Shown: positions 23,482 to 62,569 of the stretch, piece by piece
How the letters are laid out: every line of letters begins with the position of its first letter
Numbering within the stretch: the stretch's first letter is position 1
Source: the human T2T-CHM13v2.0 reference genome, Homo sapiens
NCBI RefSeq assembly: GCF_009914755.1
Contig: NC_060941.1
Length of the DNA stretch: 64,000 nucleotides
Strand: one strand, 5' to 3'
Position numbers and translations under genes: made by a program
The notes under the pieces: model-generated
The model's database searches: none
What the model saw: the letters and a program-made list of their open reading frames with translations, nothing else
What the model was told of the DNA's origin: nothing

Positions 23482-24168
23482 TGAACAGATAGTCTCTGAT
23501 TTGTTACACCTTCCAGGGACCTCAGCCTTCCCCTCATCTGTCCGCCCAGGTTTCAAGTAACGGGAGAGATTCCTGCAAAACTTTCCTGAGAATTGACGGA
23601 ATGACAGAGGTGGAGACCAGGAGGTGGACTCAGGACCTTCCTATGGTCCTGGGTCCCCTCCCCACCAAGGGTGGAGGGCCGAGGACACAAAAAGGCCTGC
23701 TCCCAAGACCCCACTTGCAAAGGAGCAGATGCACGGTCACACACACATAGACCCAAGCAGAGGCTCTGTGGGGAGAGGGGTGTGCCAGGCATGCGCAGGT
23801 GGTGTGGGCAGGGGAAGGCTGGGAGAAGCAGCAAATAAATTCCCCAGGAATCTTCCCCAGGGCTGGACTCAGCCCAGCAAGTAGACTGGGGTGCCTGGGC
23901 GTTGGGTGGACCTACCTGTAGCTTCCTCATTCCCTCCCACCTCACCCCATCCCCGCCAAGTCCCAGAGGATCAACCCACTCAGGGCACCCCACCCAAGAA
24001 ATAAAATCTTCCCCAGTACAAAAGGCTCCTAAGCCACGGTAAGTGGCACCTAGGAGAGGGACAGAGGGAGGAAGGGTATGGAGTGGACAAGGGGGCCTGA
24101 TCCCCTCCCTGGCCAGAAGCAAGGTCCAGGCATGGGCAAGGGTGTCATCTGGGTTCCCTTGGCTCCTC

Positions 24169-37380
<13,212 letters not shown>

Positions 37381-38330
37381 GGTTCGGGGAGAGGGGAGGA
37401 GAGGGTGCCGAGATCCGACGGCAGGCCCACCGCGGGCAGGCTGCGGGTGGCGGGCGTCTCCGGGACTCTGAAGCCGTTCTCCAGAGGCTGCCCCCAGTTA
37501 GCCCCCGGCACGGCAGCCCCCAACCCGCGGGAGCGGGCAGAGAAAGTTGCCGGGGTGGCGGGCGAGGGGAGGCCACCACGCTGAGCCGCAGGAGCGGGAC
37601 GACCCCGGGCGCGAGGACCGAGGGTCTGCAGAGGATGCTGCTCGCAGCGCGGGGAGGAGGGAAGTGGGGCCGCGGGGATGAGCCGAGGGAGGGAGCCAAG
37701 GAGCTGTCCGTGTCCAGCCGGCTCCGCCGTCCGCTGCGCCCGCCCCCCATCCCCTCCCCTCCCCCGCCGGCCCCAGCCCGGCACCCGGCGGCCCCTCCGC
37801 CCAGTCCTCGCCGCCCAACTTTGATTTAGGAGGTCGCCTGGTCCCGCCCCCTGCCCTACGCCGCTCCCCCGCGCAGCCCTGCAAATCAGGCTCTCAGCTA
37901 TTGGCTGCCTCGGTGGCCAGGAGGGCGAACTGGGCGGAGTCTTGGGGGGCTCGACACGATGGGGCGGGGCTTGGCGGGGAAAGAAGCGGAGGAGGGAGTT
38001 TCACACTGAAAAACCCGGGATGGAGGGGCGTGACCAGATTGAGGGAAGCTTGGGGAGATCATAGTAGCGTCTGGATGGGTTGCAGGGAATAGAAATAGGT
38101 TGGGGCCGCAGCAAGATAGCGGAGAGTGAGATCGAAGCTAGGACTTCCAAAGAGCGAAGATTGATAGATGCCAGAGGTTGGTGAAGGAAGAATGGGGACC
38201 CATCTGTGCCATTAATTGGATGCCTTTATACCCTGAAAAGGCTCTCTCCAAATATACACACAACTGGACTATGGTGTATGTGTCAAAGGCCAGGCCGGAC
38301 AATTCCTCCTTGTGATGGAAAGCCGGATGA

Positions 38331-47528
<9,198 letters not shown>

Positions 47529-47945
47529 TTAGACAAAGTACGCAAACCTTCACTGCACGTTGGATAATTACCATGAAGGACCTTAGTAGAGCACTGCAAA
47601 GCCCAGAGACAGACGGGGAGAACATGAGCGTCAGCTGGAGGGTCTGTGGGAAGGGCTAAGAAGCAGGCAGCAAGTCTGAAATGTGAGCAAAGAGTCTTCC
47701 CCAGGAGAGACTTAAGGTGGTGCTAGAGAGGACCTCAGGTGGAAAAGACTGAGGGTTTGAGCCAGCCCTACTCACGGTCTAACTCCAGAGGGCGCTGTTC
47801 AGGGCAGATGGTGCCCTGTAAACTGTACCCGGAGGTGCCAGGGACATTTAGCTGGGACGGGGACCCTTCATCTCACTTCTGGGGTGGAGACATTTGTGTG
47901 CACAGATGCACAGACCACACAGTGATTGCCATATGGTATTGTCAG

Positions 47946-47948
<3 letters not shown>

Positions 47949-47985
<37 letters not shown>
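47949..47985. repeat. (TG)n microsatellite
   Basis: About 18 pure TG units. Confidence 0.95.
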
Positions 47986-47987
<2 letters not shown>

Positions 47988-49154
47988 TGTAAGCGAAAAA
48001 CATCCTACGTGCTCCAGTCTACCCCTTTCGTCATAATTTTGCCTGGAACTCAGGACTCAGCCCTTTTGACCACCCGCATGCGGGGAGCACGGGGTGCCTG
48101 AGCTCTGGATAGGGCAGGATTCTACCCACCCAGGTATCCTGAGAGACAGCCTGGCATACGGTAGGCACTCGAGAACAGTTTGTTGAATGAATGAATGAAT
48201 GAATAGACAGCTTCCTCTCCCAGCCCATCCTTTCTTTGAGGGAGGGGCAAACTTCACTCTCCAGCTCTCCAGGTTGGAAAGGTGCCTGGGAATAGGAAAC
48301 AAAACAAAATGTTTTGGCTGGAGTAGAAAAAGGCTCCAGCCCTGCTCAGACAGGCACGACTCCCCCCAGGCCAGCACCAAGCTACACAGGGACCCCTCCT
48401 ACCCTCCTCTCCCCGTCTTCCTGGGATCCTGCTCTGCCCTCCCCAAGGTCTTGAGGGTGCCTCCCAGCCTGGAATCCAACTCAGGGCGTGGGGTAGGTCC
48501 TCACAGCCTTGGGGATAATGTATGGAGGGGACCTCAGGGCCTCTGGCTGCTTCTTTGGCCCTAGCAGCAGGAATGCCTCCATCACCCTGCTCCCCCATCC
48601 TCCCCACTTGGATTCCATCCAGACTCCTGGGGGAAGAAAGCCCGTGGGACCAAGTGCCAGGTGCCTGGAGATGCAGGTGGCAGAGCAGGGGACAGGCATC
48701 TCTTTGGCTCTGCCGCCCCCCAGGCAGGCCCCTCAGAATCTGGGAGCCTGGGTAGCTAGAGTCCCATGAGTCAGCCACATTTTAGTACCCCATCTCTGCT
48801 CTCTGCCCTAGTTCTGTTTATATCAAACACAGTAGTAGGAGGTGGGCAGGGGGCTGGGGCTGTCTGTGTACAGTGACAACATGTGCCCAGTGTGGAGAAA
48901 AAGGCCCACCCACAGGCTGACTGTATTTGTCCATAAACATGGCCTGCTCCAAGCCCCAGGGCAAGGAAGGGGCAAAAGGACCAGCCCCACTGGAGCTCCT
49001 GGGCTGCTCTAATGGGGAGCCCTCCTGGGCACACCTCCCTCTCCTGGAAGCGCCACCCCCTGGAGTGTTTCCACAACAAGCTGGGCTGTGTTCTGTAAAC
49101 TCCAGTCCCCTAGCTAGGTAGCCCCCAGCTAAAGGACAGGTGTCCTGCCACCAG

Positions 49155-49165
49155 TGCATGTGTGC

Positions 49166-49198
<33 letters not shown>
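49155..49198. repeat. (TG)n microsatellite upstream of the pseudogene promoter
   Basis: Read directly. Confidence 0.9.
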
Positions 49199-49199
<1 letters not shown>

Positions 49200-49577
49200 T
49201 CAGGCAGAGGAGGGAGGGAGGGCAGTGGGCATCAGAGGCCCTTTTGCAGGTCCCTGTGACGCTGTGTCTGCCTGTCCTGTCCCCTAGAGTGGACAGGCTT
49301 CTCCCGTGGCGTCAGGGGAGGGGCCGATCCCAGGGGTCTCCAGGATTCTGTGTGGCTTATGGATCTGGGGCCAATCTTGAAACCTGAGGGTGCCCCTCAT
49401 TGCCCCTGGGCCTCTTGGGGACCAGTAGAGGACTGGACATCCATCCTTGTGACTTTGTTTTGCTGTACCCTCCCCTTCAAGTTAATGATTGCTGGGGAGC
49501 CCTTGGGACCCAGATCTTGATTCCCCCCAACCTGGGCTGCCCCCACAGGTCCGGAGTGTGCTAGAGCCCTGGGTGCT

Positions 49578-49640
49578 CAGCCAATAAGAGGCCCAGGCCC
49601 CGCCCCACCCTTTTGCGGGTGTGCTTCTGTGTATAAAGGT
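49578..49640 (+). promoter_or_regulatory. Canonical Pol II core promoter of the CP2-like pseudogene
   Basis: agCCAATaag (CCAAT 49581-49585), GC/CACCC box ggccccgccccaccc 49596-49610, TATAAA 49632-49637, ATG at 49723. Confidence 0.7.
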
Positions 49641-49722
49641 AGAGGCCCCAGGTGAGGGGCCAGTGGGTGCAGCCCAACCCCACGCTGAGCTGTTTCACAG
49701 CCGGCCCTGCCCCCTCTCCAAG

Positions 49723-49805
49723 ATGCTGTTTTGGCACAACCAGCCGGAGCATCTATGGCCCAGTCCTGGGGACCTATACCCTGGGCCCCCCAGCAGCCTG
49801 CTCAG
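49723..49805 (+). pseudogene. CP2-like exon 1
   Basis: MLFWHNQPEHLWPSPGDLYPGPPSSLL(R)|gtaagg; TFCP2L1 begins MLFWHTQPEH. Confidence 0.9.
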
Positions 49806-50287
49806 GTAAGGGCTGGATCCCCCAGGTCCCGGGGAAAGTGCTGGTCTGAAGTTGGAGTGGACATCATCCATTTCAAGCTGAGGGAAGTGGGGCTCCCATT
49901 CCCGGGCTCCTCTGGAGATGGGGAAGTGGTCAAATGTACCTGGAGTTCAGTGTGTCCTGGGACATCTCAAAAACACCCTGATCCCACTTAGGACATTTTT
50001 GTTGGGAATTTACTCAGTATCAGGCAAGCTTTGAGGTTGCAAAGACAAGTAATTGATGGCAGCTGTTGAGTAGAACAGCCACAAATCTGAGATCAGCACC
50101 TTCAGGGAGGCCTCCTGGAGGCCTGAGGAGCTGAATGGGGGTCCCTTTGGCCCTGGCTGCAGCTTGGGGACCTGCTACAGGAAACTGTGGGTTCCCCAGA
50201 GGGAAGGTCTGGCATAGAGAGTCAAAGACCTTTAGAAAAGGGGATGGACAGGGCAGAAAGCTGGCAGAGCCCTCCTCTTCCTGGCAG

Positions 50288-50439
50288 GGAGCCCCTGCCC
50301 TTGCCCTACTTGAAGCAGGAGGAGCTGCCCAACATCCCTGGCACGGAGCTGCCCTGCCCCATGTTCTAGTACGTGCTCTGTGCAGCCACCTCGCCAGCCG
50401 TGAAGCAGCAGGAGGAGACCCTCACCTACCTGAACCAGG
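50288..50439 (+). pseudogene. CP2-like exon 2 (nonsense codon)
   Basis: [49 protein letters not shown](G); TAG at 50367-50369 where paralogs have Q; 152 nt. Confidence 0.93.
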
Positions 50440-50573
50440 GTATGCTAGGCCTGGGAGAGGGGAGGAGCTAGTGGGCAGTGAGCTCGGGAAGCTGGGCTCA
50501 GGGTGAGCTGGAGGTGGTAGGTGCCACTCTGCCCCTCAGAGTGGGGCTCACGCAACCCCTTAATCCCTCCCAC

Positions 50574-50647
50574 GCCAGTCCTATGAGGTCCGGATGCTCT
50601 GCAGCTCCAAGCCGTGTGATGCCACCCAGTGCCCCCAGCTGCTGAAG
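50574..50647 (+). pseudogene. CP2-like exon 3 (acceptor lost)
   Basis: (G)QSYEVRMLCSSKPCDATQCPQLLK|gtgggt; preceded by cccAC instead of AG. Confidence 0.85.
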
Positions 50648-50979
50648 GTGGGTACACTCCTCCCCGGAAGTGGCAAAGGCTGGGTATGACTGTTTCTCTG
50701 GGCAAGAAGCCAATGTCATCACAGTGATATCATCGTCACGGAGAACCCTCTCACGTCCGTCATTTAATTGGACCCTCACAACAGCTCCGTGGTGGGCAAG
50801 AATTGAAGAAACAGGCACAGAGAAGTTAAGTGTTTTCTCAAGGACACAGAGCCAGCAAGTAGCAGAACTGAGATTTAGAAACACATTTACACAGTGTAGG
50901 CTGGCCACAGTGGCTCACGCCTGTAATCCCAGCACTTTGGGAGGCTGAGGCGGGCGCATCACCTGAGGTCAGGAGTTCA

Positions 50980-51198
<219 letters not shown>

Positions 51199-51681
51199 TT
51201 AGAAATATATTTACACAGTGTTATTCACACACATGACCTTTTCTCAAAAAATTACCTATTTAGCCCCCATTCTATGCCAGAAAATGTTCCATGAGCTAGG
51301 GATTCATCAGTAATGAGACAGATGTGGCTCCCTTCCTCAGGAGGCTTGCATTCTACTAAGACAAACAAGTAATTACACATATTCTGTGAAATGACCAACA
51401 GTGACATGTTGCAAAGAAATGGGTGGCGTGCCTAGGGTGGGAAGGCATTAACTCCCCCTTTTTACAGATGAGGAAACTGAGGCTCAGGGTCTCTAGATTA
51501 CTTCTCTGGTTCACAGTCGTGAGTGGCAGATGGGCATTTGAACACGCATTGGTGATTCTAAGTCCTAATGCCTCCTGGGGTAGGAAGGGAGGTGTGGGAA
51601 GGTCAGCCTACACAGGTGTGAAAACTGGGTCCTCAATGCTGGCGTCCTCTGACTGTGCGCCACGCCCTCCTGTGGCTGCAG

Positions 51682-51791
51682 AGTGTGGTGCAGGTGATGT
51701 TCCACGACCCGCACCTGCAGTACACAGAGCAGCAGCGGCAGCTGGCTGGGTGGAGGTGGAGCCGGGCCCAGGGACCGCATCCTGGACATCG
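51682..51791 (+). pseudogene. CP2-like exon 4 (+1 frameshift, donor lost)
   Basis: SVVQVMFHDPHLQYTEQQRQLAGWRWSR/fs/PRDRILDI(D)|ATgagt. Confidence 0.9.
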
Positions 51792-51899
51792 ATGAGTGGG
51801 GAAAGGCCGGGGGCCCTTCGAGCCTGAGCTCTGGCTCAGTAGTCCTTGTGGACTGGGAAGGCTGAGCCTGGCTCCCTGCTTGCCACCCTGTGCCTGCAG

Positions 51900-52006
51900 A
51901 TGTGCCACTGTCCGTGGGAGTGATAGAACCCCAAGTGCTGCTCTCACAACTCAACATGGTGGAGTTTCACTGGGACCCAACAAAGAGGACATCTCTCTTC
52001 CTGCAG
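51900..52006 (+). pseudogene. CP2-like exon 5
   Basis: (D)[35 protein letters not shown]|gtgagc; 107 nt. Confidence 0.93.
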
Positions 52007-52692
52007 GTGAGCCTGAAGCTGGGCCTGGGAAAAGGCTGGAGGTCAGAAGGGGGTGGCAACCGTGTAGGTGGAAAAGGAAGGTGAGTTTGGGCAGGGGTGA
52101 GGGGAAAATAAGAATGACTCTCGGCCAGGTGCGAAAAAAAAGGATATATATTTTTTCTTTGCTTTTTTTTTTTTTTTTTTGAGATGGAGTTTCACTCTTG
52201 TTGCCCAGGCTGAAGCGCAATGGCATGATCTCGGCGCACCACAACCTCCACCTCCCCGCTTCAAGCAATTCTCCTACCTCAGCCTCCTGAGTAGCTGGGA
52301 TTACAGGCATGCGCCACCATGCCCGTCTAATTTTGTATTTTTAGTAGAGACAGGGTTTCTCCATGTTGGTCAGGCTGGTCTTGAACTCTCAACCTCAGGT
52401 GATCCACCCACCTCAGCCTCCCAAAGTGCTGGGATTACAAGAGTGACCCACCGTGCCTGCCTTACCACTTCTTAGCATGGATCTTACCCAGGTCCTGTAG
52501 CCTCTGTGAGCCTTAGTTTCCTCACTCTAAAGTTGGACTCTTTCACTGTTTTTCACGGGATTATGGGCAGGCTACTGTGAGTACTGGGTGTGAAGAGAGA
52601 AGATGCTGCTTACCCTTAGAATCCTGGTGCCAGGCCAAACACAGAGGCTGCAGGCTGCTCGGGGTGGCAGGCCTGAAAGGCTTCCTGGAGTG

Positions 52693-53945
<1,253 letters not shown>

Positions 53946-54420
53946 AACTACCCTTGAAGGGGATGTCTTAGCTCAGATGTGAGTAGGGGAGCTTTCTGGG
54001 TAGAGGCCTCTGGGGAAAACTGCAGGTGTGTTGGGGTCCTGATTAGGGAGGCAGGGTGGGTCAGTGGGTTCACTGACGGATGAGAAAGAGCAGCCGTGCA
54101 GCAATGCTTGACTTGACTCTTTAAGGTGATCCAATACCAGGGTTAGGAACTTTGCTTCTGGTCTCACAACCATGGGGAGCCATTGAAGGATTTTGACCAA
54201 GGGAAAGAACGTAGTAAAGTGATGCTTTAAGAATGGAAACTTGGGGCCGGGTGCGCTGGCTCACGCCTGTAATCCCAGCACTTTGGGAGGCCGAGGCGGG
54301 TGGATCACGACACAAGGTCAGGAGATCAAGACCATCCTGGCTAACACGGTGAAACTCCGTCTCTACTAAAAATACAAAAAATTAGCCGGGCGTAGTGGTG
54401 GGCGCCTGTAGTCCCAGCTA

Positions 54421-55245
<825 letters not shown>

Positions 55246-55490
55246 GTACAGGCAGCAATGGGGCCCATTTTCCTCTCTCTCAGGGCTGTCACCTGGCCTC
55301 GCCGGCTGTGTGGGTTCTGGCCCCACGTTGCTGTGGATCCTCAGCCTGCTGTGCCCCATCTCTTGGACTGTTTCCTTTTCTGTACACAGAGGGATGGGGC
55401 TTGGTCTCTGTCTCACAGCCAATCCAACAGAGCCACTGAAGAGAGGCAGGCAGGTAAAGAAAGAGTCTTTGGGCCGGGCGCGGTGGCTCA

Positions 55491-55925
<435 letters not shown>

Positions 55926-56371
55926 GTGTGTGTGTTGGGGCGAGAGCAGGAGGGGAGAGTTGGAGAAAAGATCCTCACGGTACAGATGGGGAAATGGAGG
56001 CCTCCAGGGCTCTGACTGCTGCAAGCCCATCACAGCCCCCTGGGGACTCCACCACTTCCTGCAAAGGACACTCTCTGCCCTGTCTGTGGTTGTTGAAGCT
56101 TCCAGGAGCTGACGCCCTCCAGGCTGCCTGTCCTACGCGGGCCATCGCCACCTCCTTCCTTGTGTGCTCCCTCTGCCTGGCCCCCTCCTCCTCCTGCTGC
56201 TCCTCCTGGCCAGCTCCTCCAAGGCCCTTCCTCACTGCCCCAGGCCCGCCGGGTGGTTAACTTCTTCCTTCCTGTGGAAACCCAGTCCACTTGTCAGGCC
56301 CCTGGTCAGCTCTTAATATACAGGTGGAGAGAAGGGAGCAATGACCAGCCTTGCTGTGTGTTTGCCTGCAG

Positions 56372-56469
56372 TGTTCGCCATGGCCGGAGTCCCCTGCAAG
56401 GCCCCGGCCACCTCTCAGCTCTCTGGCTCTGACCTCTCCCCACTCCTGCAGGCTCTTGTCCCCAGAAAG
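56372..56469 (+). pseudogene. CP2-like exon 8
   Basis: CSPWPESPARPRPPLSSLALTSPHSCRLLSPE(R)|gtgagg. Confidence 0.85.
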
Positions 56470-56697
56470 GTGAGGCAGGATGAGCACCTCCTGTCAGCCC
56501 TTTGGGGTGAGAGTGAAGAAAAGAGCTCCCAGCCCAGGCATGGAGCAAAGGGCAGGGCTGGGGATTGGTGGGGAATTTGTGGGGTGAGGACAGGAGCAAG
56601 CTCTGTGTCCCAGGGCAGGCCTGGAGGAAGGGTGTTGGTGGAGGGAGACTGGCTGTAATGCTCCGCAGAGTTCTTGAACCTTTGCTCCTCCTCATAG

Positions 56698-56752
56698 GCT
56701 CTGTTCCTCACCGCCATTCGCTCTGGATACCTTGGGGTGTAGCCCAGTTGAG
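56698..56752 (+). pseudogene. CP2-like exon 9 (linker)
   Basis: (R)LCSSPPFALDTLGCSPVE|gtgagc; low similarity, assigned by splice sites and phase. Confidence 0.65.
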
Positions 56753-57004
56753 GTGAGCCTTCCCCTTCCCACTCTCCACTGTCCCAAAGCCTTCTCCGCA
56801 GCTTCATCTCAAGCTCCAGAATGGAGTGGCCCTGCCCCCTGGTGGCCAGATGTGATATGGCCATAGATTGTAACTTACCTGATAAGACTGGGCAGGAAGA
56901 GCCTCCCTTCTCAGACTTGGGACCTCCCAAGGGAGGGGCTGTTTCCCTTTCTTGTTCTGTCCCTGGGTCCTGGTATTACCTGGACCATCCATTTTATACC
57001 TCAG

Positions 57005-57098
57005 GATCTGAACCAAAAAGCCCCCATCTCAGAGACACAGCAATGGTTGCATCAGCACTGGTTCTCCAGCTACTGCCGGATGCTGGCCAACTTCACTG
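57005..57098 (+). pseudogene. CP2-like exon 10 (SAM-like domain)
   Basis: DLNQKAPISETQQWLHQHWFSSYCRMLANFT(G)|gtgagg; 94 nt. Confidence 0.92.
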
Positions 57099-57490
57099 GT
57101 GAGGCTAGTGTCTGGCAGGAGCCAGACCTGTAGGGGACTGAGAGTGGGTGGGACACACAGGCAGGAAGCCTGTCTCTGTCCTGGCTTGTTGTGGGCCCTT
57201 CAACTAACATTTACTGGGGACTAAGAGTTGCCCAGCATTGTGCTAGGCTCTCGTCTCACGAATTATCCCATATAATTTATACACTATTCCTTGAGGACAG
57301 TGCCCAGAGAGGTTAAATAACTTGCCCAAGGACACACAGCTAACAAGTGGCAGAACTGGCATTTAAATCCAAGCCTGACTCCCATATCTGAGCACACTAG
57401 GGCTATTTGTAGACTAATAGACTGTGTCCCTTACTTCCCACCCTTGATCCCAGGCCTCTTTCCTCAGTCTGGCCCTGTCTGACTCTACAG

Positions 57491-57581
57491 GTCTGGATCT
57501 GCTGAAGCTTACATGCCAGGACCTTATCCAAATCTGCGGGGCTGCTGATGGGATCCGCCTTTTCAATACTCTTAGAGCCAG
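57491..57581 (+). pseudogene. CP2-like exon 11 (SAM-like domain)
   Basis: (G)[29 protein letters not shown](R)|gtgctg; 91 nt. Confidence 0.93.
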
Positions 57582-57779
57582 GTGCTGGACACTGCCAACC
57601 AGGGTCCCCTTCCCACTGTAGTGGCCCTTACTAACTTAGCTAGCAGGTATGTTTCATACAATTTTTTTTTTAATATGGAGTTTCACTCTTGTTGCCCAGG
57701 CTGGAATGCAATGGCGCAATCTTGGCTCACTGCAACCTCTGCCTCAGGTTCAAGTGATTATCCTGCCTCAGCCTCCTGA

Positions 57780-58146
<367 letters not shown>

Positions 58147-58515
58147 TAAAGACCACTTAGTCCCACTCCCTCTTTTTACAGAAGAAACTCAGGCCCAAGA
58201 AGGACAGTGACCAGTCTGAGGTCACAACCCAAAGCTGGCAGGGCTGGGGTGAAAAGCTAGGCTCCTGTGACCTCCTTCTGTGGCCATCCCACCTGCCTCA
58301 TTCCATTTCTGGGGATAGAGATGTCTGTGGGGTTTTTTCCTCCCCATTTTTTCTCCCCCTAGTGTCCAGCATTCGTTAAATACCTAAGAACTACTTAGTG
58401 ACCTCCCTCCCTCGAGACCTGGGAGGAGGCTGGGATCTCTCCTAGGATGGGGGCTAGAAGTGGGAGCTGTTAGTTCAGGTATAAGACTGATACATAGACT
58501 GTTTTCCTGGCCCAG

Positions 58516-58598
58516 GCCCATCTGTCACCAACTGACTTTGTATGTGGCTCAGGAGACCTCTAGGCAAGGGAACGAGGTTCCTAAGAACCCTGACTCAG
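58516..58598 (+). pseudogene. CP2-like exon 12
   Basis: (R)PICHQLTLYVAQETSRQGNEVPKNPDS|gtgagg; compare VRPRLTIYVCQE. Confidence 0.85.
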
Positions 58599-58938
58599 GT
58601 GAGGTTCTGGCCTCTCTCTCCAGAACATAGGAAATTCAGGTGTAGCTGCATGAAACCTCTCCCTAGAAGAGGAATGGTGATACCCCACCATTCCTGGGAC
58701 CCAGGATGCCCTTCTTGGCATTTCCCTACCTTCCATGACCAGATTAGTCCCTCTCCTTCCAGAATGTCTCCTTGGGTTTATTCACCATGTTCTACTCCTC
58801 CACCCCACCTGATCGTCACTGCATTAGCATATGGGATTAGAACATCATCTTGTTATGTACTTGGGTCCCAGTCACTAATATGTGGGTGTCCTATGTCTTT
58901 AAACTGGGGGTTCCCCTCAGACACCTCCCAAAAGATGA

Positions 58939-59184
<246 letters not shown>

Positions 59185-59391
59185 TGAACTCCTGACCTCG
59201 TGATCCACCCCTCGGCCTCCCAAAGTGCTGGGATTACAGGCATGAGCCACCACACCCAGCCAACTTTTCCCTCTTTACTTCTCCTCCCCCCACCCCATAG
59301 CCATCTTCCTGGCACCCCTGGTTTCCTGTGGGCACATCTCTGGACTCCCTTCCCCTGCTGACCCCTGCCTCTGTGTTGCCCATGCCCCCAG

Positions 59392-59536
59392 ACTTTTATC
59401 AAGAGATCTCTCTGGATGAACTCAGTGCTGTAGAGCTGATGGGGAAACTGGCTGAGCTCTGGCCATCCCAGCCAATCAGATCCATCACCTTTTCCACCAG
59501 GGCACCGGGGGCATCTTCATTCTCCTCAGTGACCAG
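59392..59536 (+). pseudogene. CP2-like exon 13 (-1 frameshift, donor lost)
   Basis: FYQEISLDELSAVELMGKLAEL/fs/AIPANQIHHLFHQGTGGIFILLSDQ|ATaaag. Confidence 0.9.
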
Positions 59537-59682
59537 ATAAAGGGCAGCCATTTCCTGTCGCAAATCCCCACGGAGGCCTCGCTAACACTTCTGCCTCAGA
59601 TTAAGCTTTCTTTTCCATGGCATGGCTTGTTCTCTTTGGCTCTAATAACAAAATTGCCTTTGTGCCCGCTTCACTCTTACAG

Positions 59683-59734
59683 GTGGTCCAGAATTTTAAG
59701 GACGAATCATACTTTGTGGCTGTGGTGAAAAAAG
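59683..59734 (+). pseudogene. CP2-like exon 14 (donor lost)
   Basis: VVQNFKDESYFVAVVKK|GGattt; compare MVQNFQDESCFVLSTIK; 52 nt. Confidence 0.9.
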
Positions 59735-59920
59735 GGATTTTAGAGGCAGAGGAGTGTGCCTGGCTGGCCCTATAAAGGGGGATAAGAGTGTGCTGAGCAT
59801 ATATTCCGTCTCCTAAATGAGACTAAAAGGCTCTTTGGGGGCCAGGCGCAGTGGCTCATGCCTGTAATCCCAGCACTTTGGGAGGCTGAGGCAGGTGGAT
59901 CACTTGAGGACAGGAATTCA

Positions 59921-60191
<271 letters not shown>

Positions 60192-60640
60192 CTAGCAAAC
60201 ACCTGTGAATGCCAGCTTTGTGTCAAGGGGAGAGGGATTTGTATAGCTAAAAGATATTTATTGCTTAGGAAAAACATGACTGAATAAATGCATCCTCATT
60301 AAATAAAAAATGCTCCAGTTTCTGTTGTCAGGGAGTTTATTAGAGGGAAAGGTAAGGCCCCCACTTTTCTCCACCTGCCCCTGGCATGATACAAGGCAGA
60401 AGGGCAGGTGCTTCCTGGACATCATCTGGCATAGGGCACCTCTGACTAGTCTGCTTGGCATCTGGTTATTCAGATGTTTGCCTTCCACCCCTCCACATGC
60501 CAGAGCTGGTCAGCTTGGCTTATGTACACAAGGGGGTAGGAAGAGGTAGATGTGAAGTCGGGTTTTAAGACACGTGTGGCCGGGCGTGGTGGCTCACACC
60601 TGTAACCCCAGCACTTTGGGAGGCCGAGGTGGGCAGATCA

Positions 60641-61018
<378 letters not shown>

Positions 61019-61346
61019 TCAAGAGACTGATAGCTTGTCTTCACCAGAAACCTTGTTAAAACACTTGGCTGACTCAACAGGCTCCAGGTGAGCCAAAGTA
61101 TCTTGCATCTCACCCCGAGAGGAGGCAAGTAGCCTCCAGCTTCACTTTTCTTTCTGGTCAGCAGCAATGGCTGTTGGAAGTCTTCCTTACCCATTCGTTC
61201 TTCTGAGCTGGCCAAGTTTATGAGGCAAAAAAAAAAAAAAAAAAAAAAAAAAAACTGGCAATGTGGAAAGAGCTTTTGCCATGAGCAGTGTTGGCTGGTG
61301 ATCACTGAGAGTGTTAATTCATTTAAAAAGTTTAAGCCCTTTTTAA

Positions 61347-61401
61347 ATTAAAAGTTAATTTTTAAAAGGTATATACACTTAATGTGTTGTCCAATGTGTT
61401 G
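61347..61401 (+). terminator. Candidate poly(A) signal of the CP2-like pseudogene
   Basis: ATTAAA 61347-61352 followed by GT-rich tgtgttgtccaatgtgttg; a second AATAAA at 61507-61512. Confidence 0.5.
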
Positions 61402-62321
61402 AACATTTAATGTGGTGTTCAGTTTTCTTGGCTTTATTGTCCCCAAGGGGAAATGTCTTCTGCTTAAACTATAAACTAGGGCAAAGGATGGGGTCTGGAA
61501 CAAGGGAATAAATCAATCCAGCTGGATCTTTTTTTCACAATTAGTTTGGGCAAAACTAATTACTAAAGCCTCCAAAAGACCATTCAATATTCAAATCACT
61601 GTACCTACTAAAAAACTCAGTTCTAAGAGATTTAGGAAATACTATAGCTATTATCTAGAATTGAGGCTATGGGGCTTTTAGAAAAAAAAATTTAGACATA
61701 TTGTTTCCTTAGTTTTAAGAGATGAGGTCTCTGTTGTCCAGACTGGTCTTGAACTCTTGGTGTCAAGTGATCCTTCCATCTAAACTCTCAGTAGCTGGGA
61801 TTATAGGTGTGTACCACTGTGCTTGACTTTTTTTTTTTTTTTACCTTAAATTTTATTAATCTTTCCCTAAAGTCATAAATTTAATTTTTTTTTTTTTTTG
61901 AGATGGGAGTCTTGCTCTGATGCCCAGAGGTAGAGTGCAATGGTGCAATCAATCTGGGCTCACTGCAACCTCCACCTCTAGGATTCAAGCAATTCTCCTG
62001 CCTCAGCTTCCCGCATAGCTGGGATTACATGCTTGCACCACCACGCCCAGCTAATTTTTGCATTTTTGGTAGAGATGAGTTTCATCACGTTGGCCAGGCT
62101 GGTCTCAAACTCCTGACATCGTGATCCGCCTGCCTCAGCCTCCCAAAGTGCTGGGGTTACAGGCGTGAGCCACCGTGCCTGGCCTACTTTTTTTTTTTTT
62201 TAATTTATAAAGAAAAGAGGCTCTTTTTTGGCCGGGCGTGGTGGCTTACACCTGTAGTTCCAGCACTTTGGGAGGCTGAGGTGGGCGGATCACCAGTGGT
62301 CGGGAGTTCGAGATCAGCCTA

Positions 62322-62569
<248 letters not shown>

